Part shown: piece by piece, positions 25,103 to 33,952 of the stretch
How positions within the stretch are numbered: the first letter of the stretch is position 1
Layout of the letters: the number at the start of each line of letters is the position of its first letter
From: a virus
Taxonomy: Duplodnaviria > Caudoviricetes
Direction: 5' to 3' (one strand)
DNA length: 57,624 nt
Virus record (IMG/VR): IMGVR_UViG_3300025357_000014
Location: 1-57,624 of that record
Position numbers and translations under genes: made by a program
The notes under the pieces: generated by a model
Databases searched by the model: none
What the model was told of the DNA's origin: nothing
The model's input: only the letters and a program-made list of their open reading frames with translations

Positions 25103-25851
25103 TTATTCCAAAGGTGGCAGATTTTTCTTGCAGGGCATCCAAGGTAAGTCTCATCTGTAGTGCCAGTACAGCAGGGTTCGAGCTCAGACGGATTGGACTT
25201 ACCGATGGCCACTCTAACCTTTGACCACTTGCCGTATAGTTTATCGAGCTCATCTTGATCCTTCTTTACTTCAATCGTCTTTATCTTATGCGGGTAAGAC
25301 TTTTGTATAAATAGAAGTGCCATACGATCAGGAGCATCAGGACAGTTATCCTGATACGTTCTAAGTTGCATGGCATACTGGTAACTAGCTTCTTTAGGTA
25401 GTTGGTTAGTGCTTTTTATATCGACTAAAAACTTCTCGCCATCCGGGGTAGTCAGTTCCAATACGTCGACGGCTCCAGCTATCATGCGTTCTTCGTTTTT
25501 GAATTTCACTTCGACCTTGTCGATGGTAGTGAACCCCAAGTGGATTAGTAAGTTCTGCACCACCGAATGGAAAACCGAACCAACTTGAAACGTCATCGCC
25601 AAGGTTGGGCTTATTCTTTCTTCTTGTAATAGTAATCTCTCCTCTGGATGAAATTTATAGTATAATTGTAATTCTCCAGCTGATACATCGCTGGATGGGT
25701 GATACATATTGTCAAATACACGCTCTTTGTTGAAAACTTTGACCGGATATTCTTCAGGGAAAATATTGCCCTTCATCAATGCTTCTTCAATGTATTTTGT
25801 TATAGGTTCATCATTCTGATACGCAGCTAGTGTACGTTCTAGGAAACTCAT
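25099..25851 (-). CDS. Cas4/RecB-like PD-(D/E)XK exonuclease
   Basis: G..FH, G.VD, VDIKS and QLRTY motifs with C-terminal Cys residues; start uncertain (25851 or 25869). Confidence 0.8.
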   Translation of the reverse strand: MSFLERTLAAYQNDEPITKYIEEALMKGNIFPEEYPVKVFNKERVFDNMYHPSSDVSAGELQLYYKFHPEERLLLQEERISPTLAMTFQVGSVFHSVVQNLLIHLGFTTIDKVEVKFKNEERMIAGAVDVLELTTPDGEKFLVDIKSTNQLPKEASYQYAMQLRTYQDNCPDAPDRMALLFIQKSYPHKIKTIEVKKDQDELDKLYGKWSKVRVAIGKSNPSELEPCCTGTTDETYLGCPARKICHLWNK

Positions 25852-26060
25852 TCTTTGTCTTTCTTCCAATTTAAATAGTTCCTAATGTATGCACCCATGT
25901 ATAAAGCAGAAGCAAATATAAAACCATATTGATGTGTATTTAAAGCATAAGCTACCCAAAGACATTCATTCAAAAATAAAATAATCCATCCATAGATATT
26001 CTTACTACCTATAGTAAAGACACCAAAGCCTCCGACAACTGCCAGTATCCATGACCACAT
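25848..26060 (-). CDS. small membrane protein (PnuC-like half)
   Basis: Three hydrophobic segments; GW...NE.LW.AYA...QYGFI pattern. Confidence 0.6.
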   Translation of the reverse strand: MWSWILAVVGGFGVFTIGSKNIYGWIILFLNECLWVAYALNTHQYGFIFASALYMGAYIRNYLNWKKDKE

Positions 26061-26476
26061 TATTCCTTTTCCTTCAGACGTAGGTAATCATAGTATAGCT
26101 CAAGAAAATCATTCTTGTCCATACATATCAAATCTAATTCTACTGGAAGGGTATCAGGGGTATTTTCTCTTTCTCCACCCCAGTTGGTTTTTTCCATGGT
26201 AGGACCATACAATCTTATAGCCAAGATGGGTCTAGTCAACCAACTGCGATTCTGAGCATGTTCTTTGATCGTATCCCATACTTTTTTGGTAATACTATAC
26301 GATGCCGCTTGAGTAGCTTTAGCTTCTACAAGAAATGATATATTGTATTGTTCTTCTGTTGAGAGGTCACCCTTCTCCCACTTGTTGCCAGAACCTACCG
26401 TACGATGAGCAAGAGGCCATTCAGCCTCAAGTTCTTTTTCCTGTCGTTGACTAAACTTCTGTTGGAATTTACCCAT
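26060..26476 (-). CDS. PD-(D/E)XK nuclease, resolvase-like
   Basis: QEKE...GSGN..EKGDL...LVEAKAT. Confidence 0.7.
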   Translation of the reverse strand: MGKFQQKFSQRQEKELEAEWPLAHRTVGSGNKWEKGDLSTEEQYNISFLVEAKATQAASYSITKKVWDTIKEHAQNRSWLTRPILAIRLYGPTMEKTNWGGERENTPDTLPVELDLICMDKNDFLELYYDYLRLKEKE

Positions 26477-26477
26477 A

Positions 26478-26738
26478 CTACCATTGTCTCATAAAACGTT
26501 CATTCTTTTCAATGTATTCTTCAATGGTATCCCATAAAATTTCAAGACAATGATCACCGGGCTCTACCTGCTTAGCCACCTTGTTAAATATCTTTTTAAG
26601 CAAAAGCTCCTCGGCATGGAATTGTTTTGCTTTTGCAAACTGTTCTTGAGTAACAGTTTTTTCACCAAACGTGATATCTCTGTGAAATTCTAGAAGATCT
26701 TCTGATATAGGGATGTTAAAATAAATTTCTTCGTTCAT
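26478..26738 (-). CDS. hypothetical protein
   Basis: ORF coupled by an ATGA overlap to the upstream gene. Confidence 0.6.
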   Translation of the reverse strand: MNEEIYFNIPISEDLLEFHRDITFGEKTVTQEQFAKAKQFHAEELLLKKIFNKVAKQVEPGDHCLEILWDTIEEYIEKNERFMRQW

Positions 26739-27160
26739 GCTGCTGTTGGCCATACATATTCAAGATCATTGGGAACATCAAAATATTGACCATAGTGTTC
26801 TGGAAATTTACGCATAAGATTGCTCTGATGACTAGTATGAATTTCCATATTACCCATCCAATAAGGTGGAATTATACGTAGCTCACCGCCGTATTCATTT
26901 AACAAAGCAAATGATTTATCAAGACACGTATCTTTGTACCCACGTCCTACCCATTCACTACAGATAGCAGCTTGGTAATCCAACAAAGAAATAATGTGAC
27001 CACGCCACATTTTTACTGCTGGATGATTTTGCCATCCGTATGTTGGATCAAGCAACGCTTTGATGATTTGTAGATTTTCTACGCGTTGTTTGCCAAGTCT
27101 TTGTCTATCTAAAACTTTGGCACTTGCTGCGTAATCTGGGTATGGTAAAAACGTTTGCAT
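26735..27160 (-). CDS. MSMEG_6728-family / pyrimidine-dimer glycosylase-like protein
   Basis: MQTFLPY.D...SA..LD..RLGKQRVE..QI...HPAVKMWRG...HQSNL.RK...YVWP signature. Confidence 0.85.
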   Translation of the reverse strand: MQTFLPYPDYAASAKVLDRQRLGKQRVENLQIIKALLDPTYGWQNHPAVKMWRGHIISLLDYQAAICSEWVGRGYKDTCLDKSFALLNEYGGELRIIPPYWMGNMEIHTSHQSNLMRKFPEHYGQYFDVPNDLEYVWPTAA

Positions 27161-27291
27161 TATTTCTCACTTACTATTGGTTCAATGTTATCATTGTTTA
27201 CAGAAGGGTTACATCGAATATCGTTTGTTTCATCATGCACCCACCATACTTTGCCAAGATGGACAGGTTTCCTGCAATCGCCACAAAACAC
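27160..27291 (-). CDS. CxxC..WVH..C microprotein (43 aa)
   Basis: Hand-translated (GTG)MFCGDCRKPVHLGKVWWVHDETNDIRCNP...; overlaps neighbours by 1 nt on each side. Confidence 0.6.
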   Translation of the reverse strand: MFCGDCRKPVHLGKVWWVHDETNDIRCNPSVNNDNIEPIVSEK

Positions 27292-27545
27292 TATTGATCT
27301 AACTCTCCACAGTGGGAACATGTGTCCCCTGAAATACGATACTTCTTACAGGTAGGACATGTCAAATTGCCTGCGTATTTTTTTACTGCGTTATTGATAA
27401 ATTCATTGCGAGTAATTCCTTCAGTCGCAGCAGCTTGATCTATATAGCTTAATTCATTGTCATCAATATCTAACTCTATACTCCACATGCCATCCATAGC
27501 AAGAAATTCAGTTGGATTAAATAACTGCAATTGTTCTTCATTCAT
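27291..27545 (-). CDS. ribbon-helix-helix-like protein with C-terminal zinc ribbon
   Basis: IELDIDDNELSYIDQAAATEGITRNEFINNAV followed by CPTC...CSHC. Confidence 0.6.
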   Translation of the reverse strand: MNEEQLQLFNPTEFLAMDGMWSIELDIDDNELSYIDQAAATEGITRNEFINNAVKKYAGNLTCPTCKKYRISGDTCSHCGELDQ

Positions 27546-27676
27546 TCTGCCACATTTCTTAGAAAACATTCTGGATTATTAGCTAAATCTGGATCGTCAT
27601 GAATCCAATAAGCATTATTTCCTTCTGTAATTAACAAAAGGTTCTCATTGCATTCAGGGCACTTATTGTATCCCAT
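27542..27676 (-). CDS. CxxC..WIH..C microprotein (44 aa)
   Basis: Hand-translated MGYNKCPECNENLLLITEGNNAYWIHDDPDLANNPECFLRNVAE. Confidence 0.6.
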   Translation of the reverse strand: MGYNKCPECNENLLLITEGNNAYWIHDDPDLANNPECFLRNVAE

Positions 27677-28010
27677 TTTCTTCCCTAAATAAACATAGTG
27701 CAATGATTGTGTAAGTTGCTAGATCAAGCAATGAATCTTCGATGCTTTCATTAACAAGATTTTGTCCACGTGCTGCAGCTTGAAGACGCTTAATTTTGTC
27801 CGTTCCTCTAGTCATGCAACCTATCCAGCCTGGGATACCCCACTCTTCGCTTGCTCTCACATTAGCAAATGGGTCTCCTTTTTTACCATAGTCAGCTTGC
27901 TTTTTATCATGCATAGCTTGTATTTCTTTAAGGATCTGTTGGAATGGAGTTAAAGAAGTTGCTTTATATCCATCAGGTTTACCGTCATCTTTAATTTTAT
28001 GTTCAGCCAT
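27663..28010 (-). CDS. DUF1599 / nucleotide-modification-associated (Nmad1-like) protein
   Basis: KQADYG..DPFAN...R..DKIKRL...ESIEDSLLDLATY motif. Confidence 0.75.
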   Translation of the reverse strand: MAEHKIKDDGKPDGYKATSLTPFQQILKEIQAMHDKKQADYGKKGDPFANVRASEEWGIPGWIGCMTRGTDKIKRLQAAARGQNLVNESIEDSLLDLATYTIIALCLFREENGIQ

Positions 28011-28014
28011 ATTA

Positions 28015-28185
28015 TTATTCTTCCATTGGTTCAGCTACCCATTGTTGGAATGGGTGGCACTTTACGGTATAGTCTAGAAACTGGTGAACCCATTCACCAT
28101 TGGCGCCCTGCAAAATTTCTCTGTTCTCTCCATTTTTACGAAAACAATTTTTGCATTTTGCTTTTTTGGGAATATATTCAGTCAT
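28015..28185 (-). CDS. CxxC..WVH..C microprotein (56 aa)
   Basis: Hand-translated MTEYIPKKAKCKNCFRKNGENREILQGANGEWVHQFLDYTVKCHPFQQWVAEPMEE. Confidence 0.6.
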   Translation of the reverse strand: MTEYIPKKAKCKNCFRKNGENREILQGANGEWVHQFLDYTVKCHPFQQWVAEPMEE

Positions 28186-28255
28186 CTTTTAATGCTCGCG
28201 ATCACAACCATTCCAATTGTCATAATAAGAGTATCAATTATCATAACCCATGAAT

Positions 28256-28405
28256 TCATGATTTAGTTTTCCAATCTGGTTCAGCTTTGTGAGGTCCATG
28301 AGGGCTTGTGTGAACCCATTGGTCATCATCACCCAACCTATCCCAATCAGTAGCATCGGAACTATATTTTACAATTGGCATACCACAATGTTTACATTCG
28401 GTCAT
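28256..28405 (-). CDS. CxxC..WVH..H microprotein (49 aa)
   Basis: Hand-translated MTECKHCGMPIVKY...QWVHTSPHGPHKAEPDWKTKS. Confidence 0.6.
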   Translation of the reverse strand: MTECKHCGMPIVKYSSDATDWDRLGDDDQWVHTSPHGPHKAEPDWKTKS

Positions 28406-28529
28406 TCTTTTCTTCTCCTACAAATTTTTCTACAATAGGTTTAATTTCCTCGTGTTTATGTAAAATAAAATCTATAGCACGTTGAAATTTAACGTTGCAT
28501 ACATGGCAAAAATGCTTAATCGCTGTCAT
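28392..28529 (-). CDS. small C2H2-like zinc-finger protein
   Basis: MTAIKHFCHVCNVKFQRAIDFILHKH; start trimmed from the track. Confidence 0.55.
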   Translation of the reverse strand: MTAIKHFCHVCNVKFQRAIDFILHKHEEIKPIVEKFVGEEKNDRM

Positions 28530-28695
28530 CTTCTTCACCGAACTTCCAAATAGGATCACCGATGATCTTGACTTTACCATTTTCTACATACACTCTTTGT
28601 TCGTGAATCATAACACCAGCTAAATTATTTGGCCAGTCTTCAGAAGCATCTACGTAAAGAGTTACGCCCTCATATTCATCTTCATGTTCAGTCAT
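28516..28695 (-). CDS. small acidic hypothetical protein
   Basis: MTEHEDEYEG...; start trimmed from the track. Confidence 0.55.
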   Translation of the reverse strand: MTEHEDEYEGVTLYVDASEDWPNNLAGVMIHEQRVYVENGKVKIIGDPIWKFGEEDDSD

Positions 28696-28882
28696 TTTTC
28701 TCTTCCTTTTTAGGGTCAAGTTCCTCTGTTGGTGTAGGCATTGTAACAAGGATTAAATCCTCAGCTACAACTTCTTCAAACACTGTATCTTCAGCCCATT
28801 CCACAACAGGGTTGTTTGATGTGCTAACACCTACAATGATGCCAACTGATGTAATGTGTACTACTGTATCTCCAACTTGCAT
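28688..28882 (-). CDS. small SH3/KOW-like protein
   Basis: MQVGDTVVH...G.IVG...VVEW...EDL beta-barrel pattern. Confidence 0.55.
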   Translation of the reverse strand: MQVGDTVVHITSVGIIVGVSTSNNPVVEWAEDTVFEEVVAEDLILVTMPTPTEELDPKKEEKND

Positions 28883-28883
28883 G

Positions 28884-29999
28884 TTATACCTCCGGGTCGT
28901 TTACGTCGTCGCTGTCTGATGTTAATGGTCTGCCAAAGAACTCATCGCCTTCAACCTCTGTAATGCCTGAGCCCTTCTTGATGGCTTCGATAATCTCTGC
29001 CTCAAACTCTTCTGCCTTGCCACTCTTCCAGATTTGCTCAAAGAATGTGTCACGGCCTTGTGCTTTAATGTCACGCCATGTGAACCATGCACCACCACGT
29101 TGTGCTACTCCGAGGAGAATACCCATACGTGCTAGATCTCTGCGTGTATCAATACCAGGATGGTCTAGAAACACACATGGTTGACTGTAGAAATCAGTCC
29201 AACCCTCACGGAAAGGAGGACCATAACTGTTCTTTACAGTTTTAATAACGATAGGATTACCTACCTGAGTATTTTCGCTATTGATTTTATCAAAGTACTT
29301 ATCACTACCAGGACGTAGGTAAATGCGTACGGACATAGCGTGCTTTACTGCGTGACCACCTGGCGTCATAGGACGATTATATCCATCCATGTCAGCACGT
29401 AGCTGGTTTAGGTAGAAACATGTAACACCATAAAGGTTTGCCAATGGAGCAACAGTTTGAACATTGCGTTTCATTACTGCAGCGTTACCACCCATCTTGT
29501 CATTCTTGTCAGTGAGTTGTTGCATGCTGTGCTTAGTTGCTGCAGCACCTACAGAATCCCATACAATGGCACAAATTTCTTGACTCTTAATCAATGCAAC
29601 CATCATGTCAGTACCAGTTTCTGCATCTGGTGGTTGTACAACAATAAGGTTCTCATCAATTTTAAGACCAAGCTTCTCAGCCCATTCAGGGTTGAAACGG
29701 TGTTCAAGATCGATGATAGCTACCATCTTTTCACCCTTGTAATAGTCATAACAATCTTTTAATGCCAGGATAGCAAATGAAGTTTTACCAGAGTGTTCCT
29801 TACCAAAAAACTCAATGAGCTTACCTTCTGGCCATCCACCAATACCTAACAGATATGCCAATGCTGGTGTAAAACATGGGATAGCATTGACTTTTTCAAT
29901 GTTGTTGCCACGCAATACCAAAGGTTTGTTGCTACCCTCTGGTGTAAATTTATTCAGATCAGCGATTAATTTATCAATAGCATCAGTTTTACCGGCCAT
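28884..29999 (-). CDS. recA: RecA-like recombinase
   Basis: GIGGWPEGKLIEFFGKEHSGKTS, IDLEH, WDSV, NQLR, TPGG, KN motifs. Confidence 0.93.
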   Translation of the reverse strand: MAGKTDAIDKLIADLNKFTPEGSNKPLVLRGNNIEKVNAIPCFTPALAYLLGIGGWPEGKLIEFFGKEHSGKTSFAILALKDCYDYYKGEKMVAIIDLEHRFNPEWAEKLGLKIDENLIVVQPPDAETGTDMMVALIKSQEICAIVWDSVGAAATKHSMQQLTDKNDKMGGNAAVMKRNVQTVAPLANLYGVTCFYLNQLRADMDGYNRPMTPGGHAVKHAMSVRIYLRPGSDKYFDKINSENTQVGNPIVIKTVKNSYGPPFREGWTDFYSQPCVFLDHPGIDTRRDLARMGILLGVAQRGGAWFTWRDIKAQGRDTFFEQIWKSGKAEEFEAEIIEAIKKGSGITEVEGDEFFGRPLTSDSDDVNDPEV

Positions 30000-30040
30000 A
30001 TTCTTCCTCCAAGTGATATTCGAGCCATTGCTCTACATCC

Positions 30041-30069
30041 ATTCTATACGACTCAGCCATTCGAGTCAA
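30041..30069 (-). promoter_or_regulatory. sigma70-type promoter upstream of recA
   Basis: TTGACT-17 nt-TAGAAT on the - strand. Confidence 0.6.
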
Positions 30070-30094
30070 GGTATCAAACAGTTTATCATCAATA

Positions 30095-30400
30095 TCAATC
30101 GTTATTTGCATTGTAATCTGGCTCCTCGTCTAAGAATTGGATGCAACAACCATCACAATCGTGTTCTCCATTATCAATGCCGTCAATAATTTTAAAATCA
30201 TCAGGATCTGGATGTTGAACATCATGTGGGCAGGTACGCATCATTAGTTTGCGATCTCCCCTCCAAATTTGTGGGAAACGTCGCATGCTGTGATCAGTGC
30301 GTTGATGAATTGTGCAAATCTCACTCATACAATTCTCAGGTTTATGCACTGCCATTCTGATACTACTGTTTTCCAACTGTTGGTATTCGTAATCTCCCAT
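30095..30400 (-). CDS. conserved Cys/His-rich phage protein
   Basis: C.IH...HSM...R.CPH...HPDPDD...H.CDGCC. Confidence 0.7.
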   Translation of the reverse strand: MGDYEYQQLENSSIRMAVHKPENCMSEICTIHQRTDHSMRRFPQIWRGDRKLMMRTCPHDVQHPDPDDFKIIDGIDNGEHDCDGCCIQFLDEEPDYNANND

Positions 30401-30540
30401 TATTTCTCCTCTACTAATTCCCAGTTAGTGCTGAGATTCTTATTGCTTTTGCATCTGTGAGAGACCTGAAGAGCAAGAGCTTTGATTTCTTCTTTGCATT
30501 TTGGACAACGCCATAACTTCATTTGATTTTTAGTTGACAT
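30400..30540 (-). CDS. small zinc-ribbon protein
   Basis: WRCPKC...VSHRC; ATG 30540 follows AAAGGAG. Confidence 0.6.
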   Translation of the reverse strand: MSTKNQMKLWRCPKCKEEIKALALQVSHRCKSNKNLSTNWELVEEK

Positions 30541-30568
30541 AGCAACTCCTTTCCTACTGGTATTGACC

Positions 30569-33500
30569 CTAGCAGGTCTCAGCCAGCTTGTCAAGACGGA
30601 ATATATTTTTAAGACTAAGACCATCCCTGAGCTTCTCAACTTCCACCAGAACTGGAGTACCTATCTGTATGTCAGCCTTGATACGTTTATACGTATCAGG
30701 GAATGCCACAACCTGCACATTATCATCTTTTGACAAAACTTCAACGTCTTCGTCAATATCCATCTCATCTTCTATACTATCAATAGGAAGCTCAATCCAT
30801 ACTTGACACATTTCTGCACCAGGATTCTTACCCTTCTTAGTAATAAGTTCCTTAATCTGTGATATCATACCACCGATCATAGCTTTCTCACCTTGGAACA
30901 TTTTCTTTTCCCCAGGGAAATTGTGTTCTTCTTCGATCAATGAAAGATAAGCAGCAAGAGGATCAATGCTAACCATAGTTCCCAAAAGCTCGTGCTCGTG
31001 TTGACCCCTCGCCATGATATTTTCTTGTAAATCTGCGTAACAATCAAACTTGCTAAGATGACCCAAACAATGAGTACAATCAGCGCTACAACTATCGTCA
31101 TAATTTTTGTATTCCTTTCGTGCTTTAAGGTACTGCTGTAGGGCACTCTTAGCATCCCCACATATGCTATCAAACACACCACATTTAATCATAGCTATAA
31201 CTGCACGCTTGTTTACTTTCTTGGAAGGAACACGCTCTACAAAGTCATCCATACTAGTGAATGGCCCTAGCTTCTGTAGTTCTTGGGCAGACCCTGAAAT
31301 GTACTTGACACTGTTCAAGCCATAACGGATACTGCCAGCCTTGGTGAGAGTGAAGTTGCCACCACTCTCGTTGATGTCAGGACCTAGTACTTCTATACCC
31401 ATACGTCGAGCTTCACGAGTATAGATAACGTTATCTTTTGGATTTGTACGAAATAGAGCAGTCATGTATTCACGTGGATAATGATGTTTAATCCATGCAG
31501 TCCAATAAGTTAACATAGAATATCCATAACCGTGACTCTTGTTAAATCCATACATACCAAACGCACGCATGTCATCAAAGATTGACTTGGCAGTTTCACG
31601 GTCAACGCCAGACTCAACACACTTACGAACGAATGTATCAGCTTCTTCAACCATATCTTCATAGTTAGATTTTGCCACAGCTTTACGTACACGGTCAGTC
31701 TCAACAATGGTGTAACCAGCTAAAGCAACACAAGTTTCCATGATCTGTTCCTGGTATACAAATGAACCATAGGAAACACCTAAGATGTCACGTAGCTTGG
31801 GGTGCTTGTATGTCACCTTGCGCTTACCCTCACGTTTTTGCATGTACATCTCAAGTAGATTAAGACCAGTCTCACTGTCCACTGAACGGGTAATACCAGG
31901 TCGGTAAATAGCAATCATAGTGCATAGGTCTTCTATGTTACGTGGTTGGAATCGCTTTACAAGATTACGCAGGCTTCCTGTTTCAATCTGGAATAACCCA
32001 ATATTATTGCCAGTGCAAACGTCATCCCATACGTCAGCATCGTTGTAGTACTTATCCCAGTTGTTATTCCATTCATAGAAATGTTCGAACGGCAATACAC
32101 CATGATGGTTTTCTTTAATAAGATTTAGAGTAGCCATGAGTGTACTCAAAGTACGCAGACCAAGAAGGTCGATCTTTACAAATCCCAACTCTTCAACATC
32201 ACTCATATCAAATTGTGTACGGATATCATCATTAACTGGACTGTAACGTAGTGGCATAGCACCTACCAATGGGTCCTTGCTAATAACAATACCTGCAGCG
32301 TGAGCACTAGCATGACGGATGTGGTTCACAACCTCAGGTAAAGTCTCAAACAATTGTGGGTATTTAGTTATCCATGGAGCGTATTCTCTACGGTACTGCT
32401 TTTCGACAGTCTCCCAATCAGCACCACGGTTCTTGATGTTCCAATCGTCATCAATAATATCTGACATTTTAGCAGCATCATCTTTATCAATACCCATACC
32501 ACGGCATAGGTCACGCAATGCCTGACGTATACCAAGTGTGTTTAGAGTACCAATACTAGCAATGTTATGTCTGCCATATTTCTTTTCAAGGTAGTCACGC
32601 ACCAATCCACGCTCTAGCTTTGGCATGTCAATATCAATATCAGGCATACTTACACGTTCAGGGTTTAGGAAACGTTCAAAGATAAGACCAGAAGGTATCG
32701 GATTTACCTCGGTAATGTCCATGCAGTAAGCAAGCAAGCTACCACCCACACTACCGCGACTAGGGCCCACAAGGAATCCTTCATTTTTACTCCAATCGAT
32801 AATGTCTTGTACTGTTAAAAAATAACCTGGGAACCCACGAGTAATGATAACTTCCATTTCATACTCAATACGCTCACGGTAAATAGGTAACATGTCTTCT
32901 GTAACATGGCCTACAATCTTTCGTGCGAAACCTTCTTCAACAGACTCACGCAATTTACGTTCATCCATCTCCGCAGTGTTATAGAACACAGGCATCTTAC
33001 GAGACCCAGGTACACGCGCATCACACATCTGTGCGATTTCGTTTGTACGATTGATCGCTTGATCAACAATACTTTCGGGTAGATAACTTAATCTGCTGCG
33101 GGTTTCTTCTTCAGAAAAAATGCAAAGTTGATTAGGACCATAGCTAAATCGTGTTGGGTCATCCATAGTCTTACCCATTTGCACAGCAGTCATTAGTTCA
33201 TGGGCATACCAGTGCTCAGGCTTAGCGTAGTGTGCATCACTCACAGCAAGAAGTGGAACACTATAGTCAAGAGCTGCCTCTGCTACACGCATGTTCCATT
33301 CATTGCTTTCAGGGTCAAGATAAGTGTGAAGCTCTAAGTGAAAACGATCACCAAAAATAGCTTGATAACGGCTAATGCGTTCTACAGCACGCTGATAAAC
33401 ACCATCATCTTTGAGATGCTTACCAATACAACCACCCATACAACCACCAGTAACAATAAGACCTTCGTTATAACGTTCTAGAAGTTCCCAGTCAAAACGT

Positions 33501-33853
33501 GGGTTGCCATAGTAACTACCTTCAATGTACGCCATGCTAGATAATGACCATAGATTCTCTAAACCTTTGGCATTAAGAGCCATGATAGTCATGTGGTCGT
33601 AGTTCTCACCTTTCTTACCAGTCTTTTCATGACGGTCATCAGTGAAATAACCTTCCATACCGAAGATAGGTTTAATACCAGCTGCATCTGCTGCATGCTG
33701 AAGACGAAGGTGCCCACTGCATTCACCATGATCGGTGATAGCAACGGCTTCTTGGTCTAAAGAAACTACGCGTTCCACTAATTGATCTACTGTTTGAAGT
33801 CCATCAAGGAAACTGTGTTCGGTGTGGACATGAAGGTGGACTAACTTTTCCAT
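30569..33853 (-). CDS. dnaE: DNA polymerase III alpha subunit
   Basis: PHP domain HLHVHTEHSFLDG...AITDHG; RGSVGGS, FERFLNPER.SMPDIDID, KIDLLGL, FNKSH motifs; C-terminal OB fold; no intein seen. Confidence 0.95.
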   Translation of the reverse strand: MEKLVHLHVHTEHSFLDGLQTVDQLVERVVSLDQEAVAITDHGECSGHLRLQHAADAAGIKPIFGMEGYFTDDRHEKTGKKGENYDHMTIMALNAKGLENLWSLSSMAYIEGSYYGNPRFDWELLERYNEGLIVTGGCMGGCIGKHLKDDGVYQRAVERISRYQAIFGDRFHLELHTYLDPESNEWNMRVAEAALDYSVPLLAVSDAHYAKPEHWYAHELMTAVQMGKTMDDPTRFSYGPNQLCIFSEEETRSRLSYLPESIVDQAINRTNEIAQMCDARVPGSRKMPVFYNTAEMDERKLRESVEEGFARKIVGHVTEDMLPIYRERIEYEMEVIITRGFPGYFLTVQDIIDWSKNEGFLVGPSRGSVGGSLLAYCMDITEVNPIPSGLIFERFLNPERVSMPDIDIDMPKLERGLVRDYLEKKYGRHNIASIGTLNTLGIRQALRDLCRGMGIDKDDAAKMSDIIDDDWNIKNRGADWETVEKQYRREYAPWITKYPQLFETLPEVVNHIRHASAHAAGIVISKDPLVGAMPLRYSPVNDDIRTQFDMSDVEELGFVKIDLLGLRTLSTLMATLNLIKENHHGVLPFEHFYEWNNNWDKYYNDADVWDDVCTGNNIGLFQIETGSLRNLVKRFQPRNIEDLCTMIAIYRPGITRSVDSETGLNLLEMYMQKREGKRKVTYKHPKLRDILGVSYGSFVYQEQIMETCVALAGYTIVETDRVRKAVAKSNYEDMVEEADTFVRKCVESGVDRETAKSIFDDMRAFGMYGFNKSHGYGYSMLTYWTAWIKHHYPREYMTALFRTNPKDNVIYTREARRMGIEVLGPDINESGGNFTLTKAGSIRYGLNSVKYISGSAQELQKLGPFTSMDDFVERVPSKKVNKRAVIAMIKCGVFDSICGDAKSALQQYLKARKEYKNYDDSCSADCTHCLGHLSKFDCYADLQENIMARGQHEHELLGTMVSIDPLAAYLSLIEEEHNFPGEKKMFQGEKAMIGGMISQIKELITKKGKNPGAEMCQVWIELPIDSIEDEMDIDEDVEVLSKDDNVQVVAFPDTYKRIKADIQIGTPVLVEVEKLRDGLSLKNIFRLDKLAETC

Positions 33854-33871
33854 AACTCACTCATTATAAGT

Positions 33872-33945
33872 AGAGTAACCAGTGAAGTCAATTCGGTAGC
33901 GGAAAGGGAGGAAGCGATACCTAATTAACTCCACTGGTCTACTCT
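33872..33945 (-). ncRNA. long intergenic hairpin with a pyrimidine-rich (anti-SD-like) loop
   Basis: On the - strand a ~29-bp interrupted stem with G-U pairs encloses CTTCCTCCCTTTC; a TATAAT box (33863-33868) lies between it and the dnaE ATG. Confidence 0.55.
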
Positions 33946-33952
33946 GGTTTGA

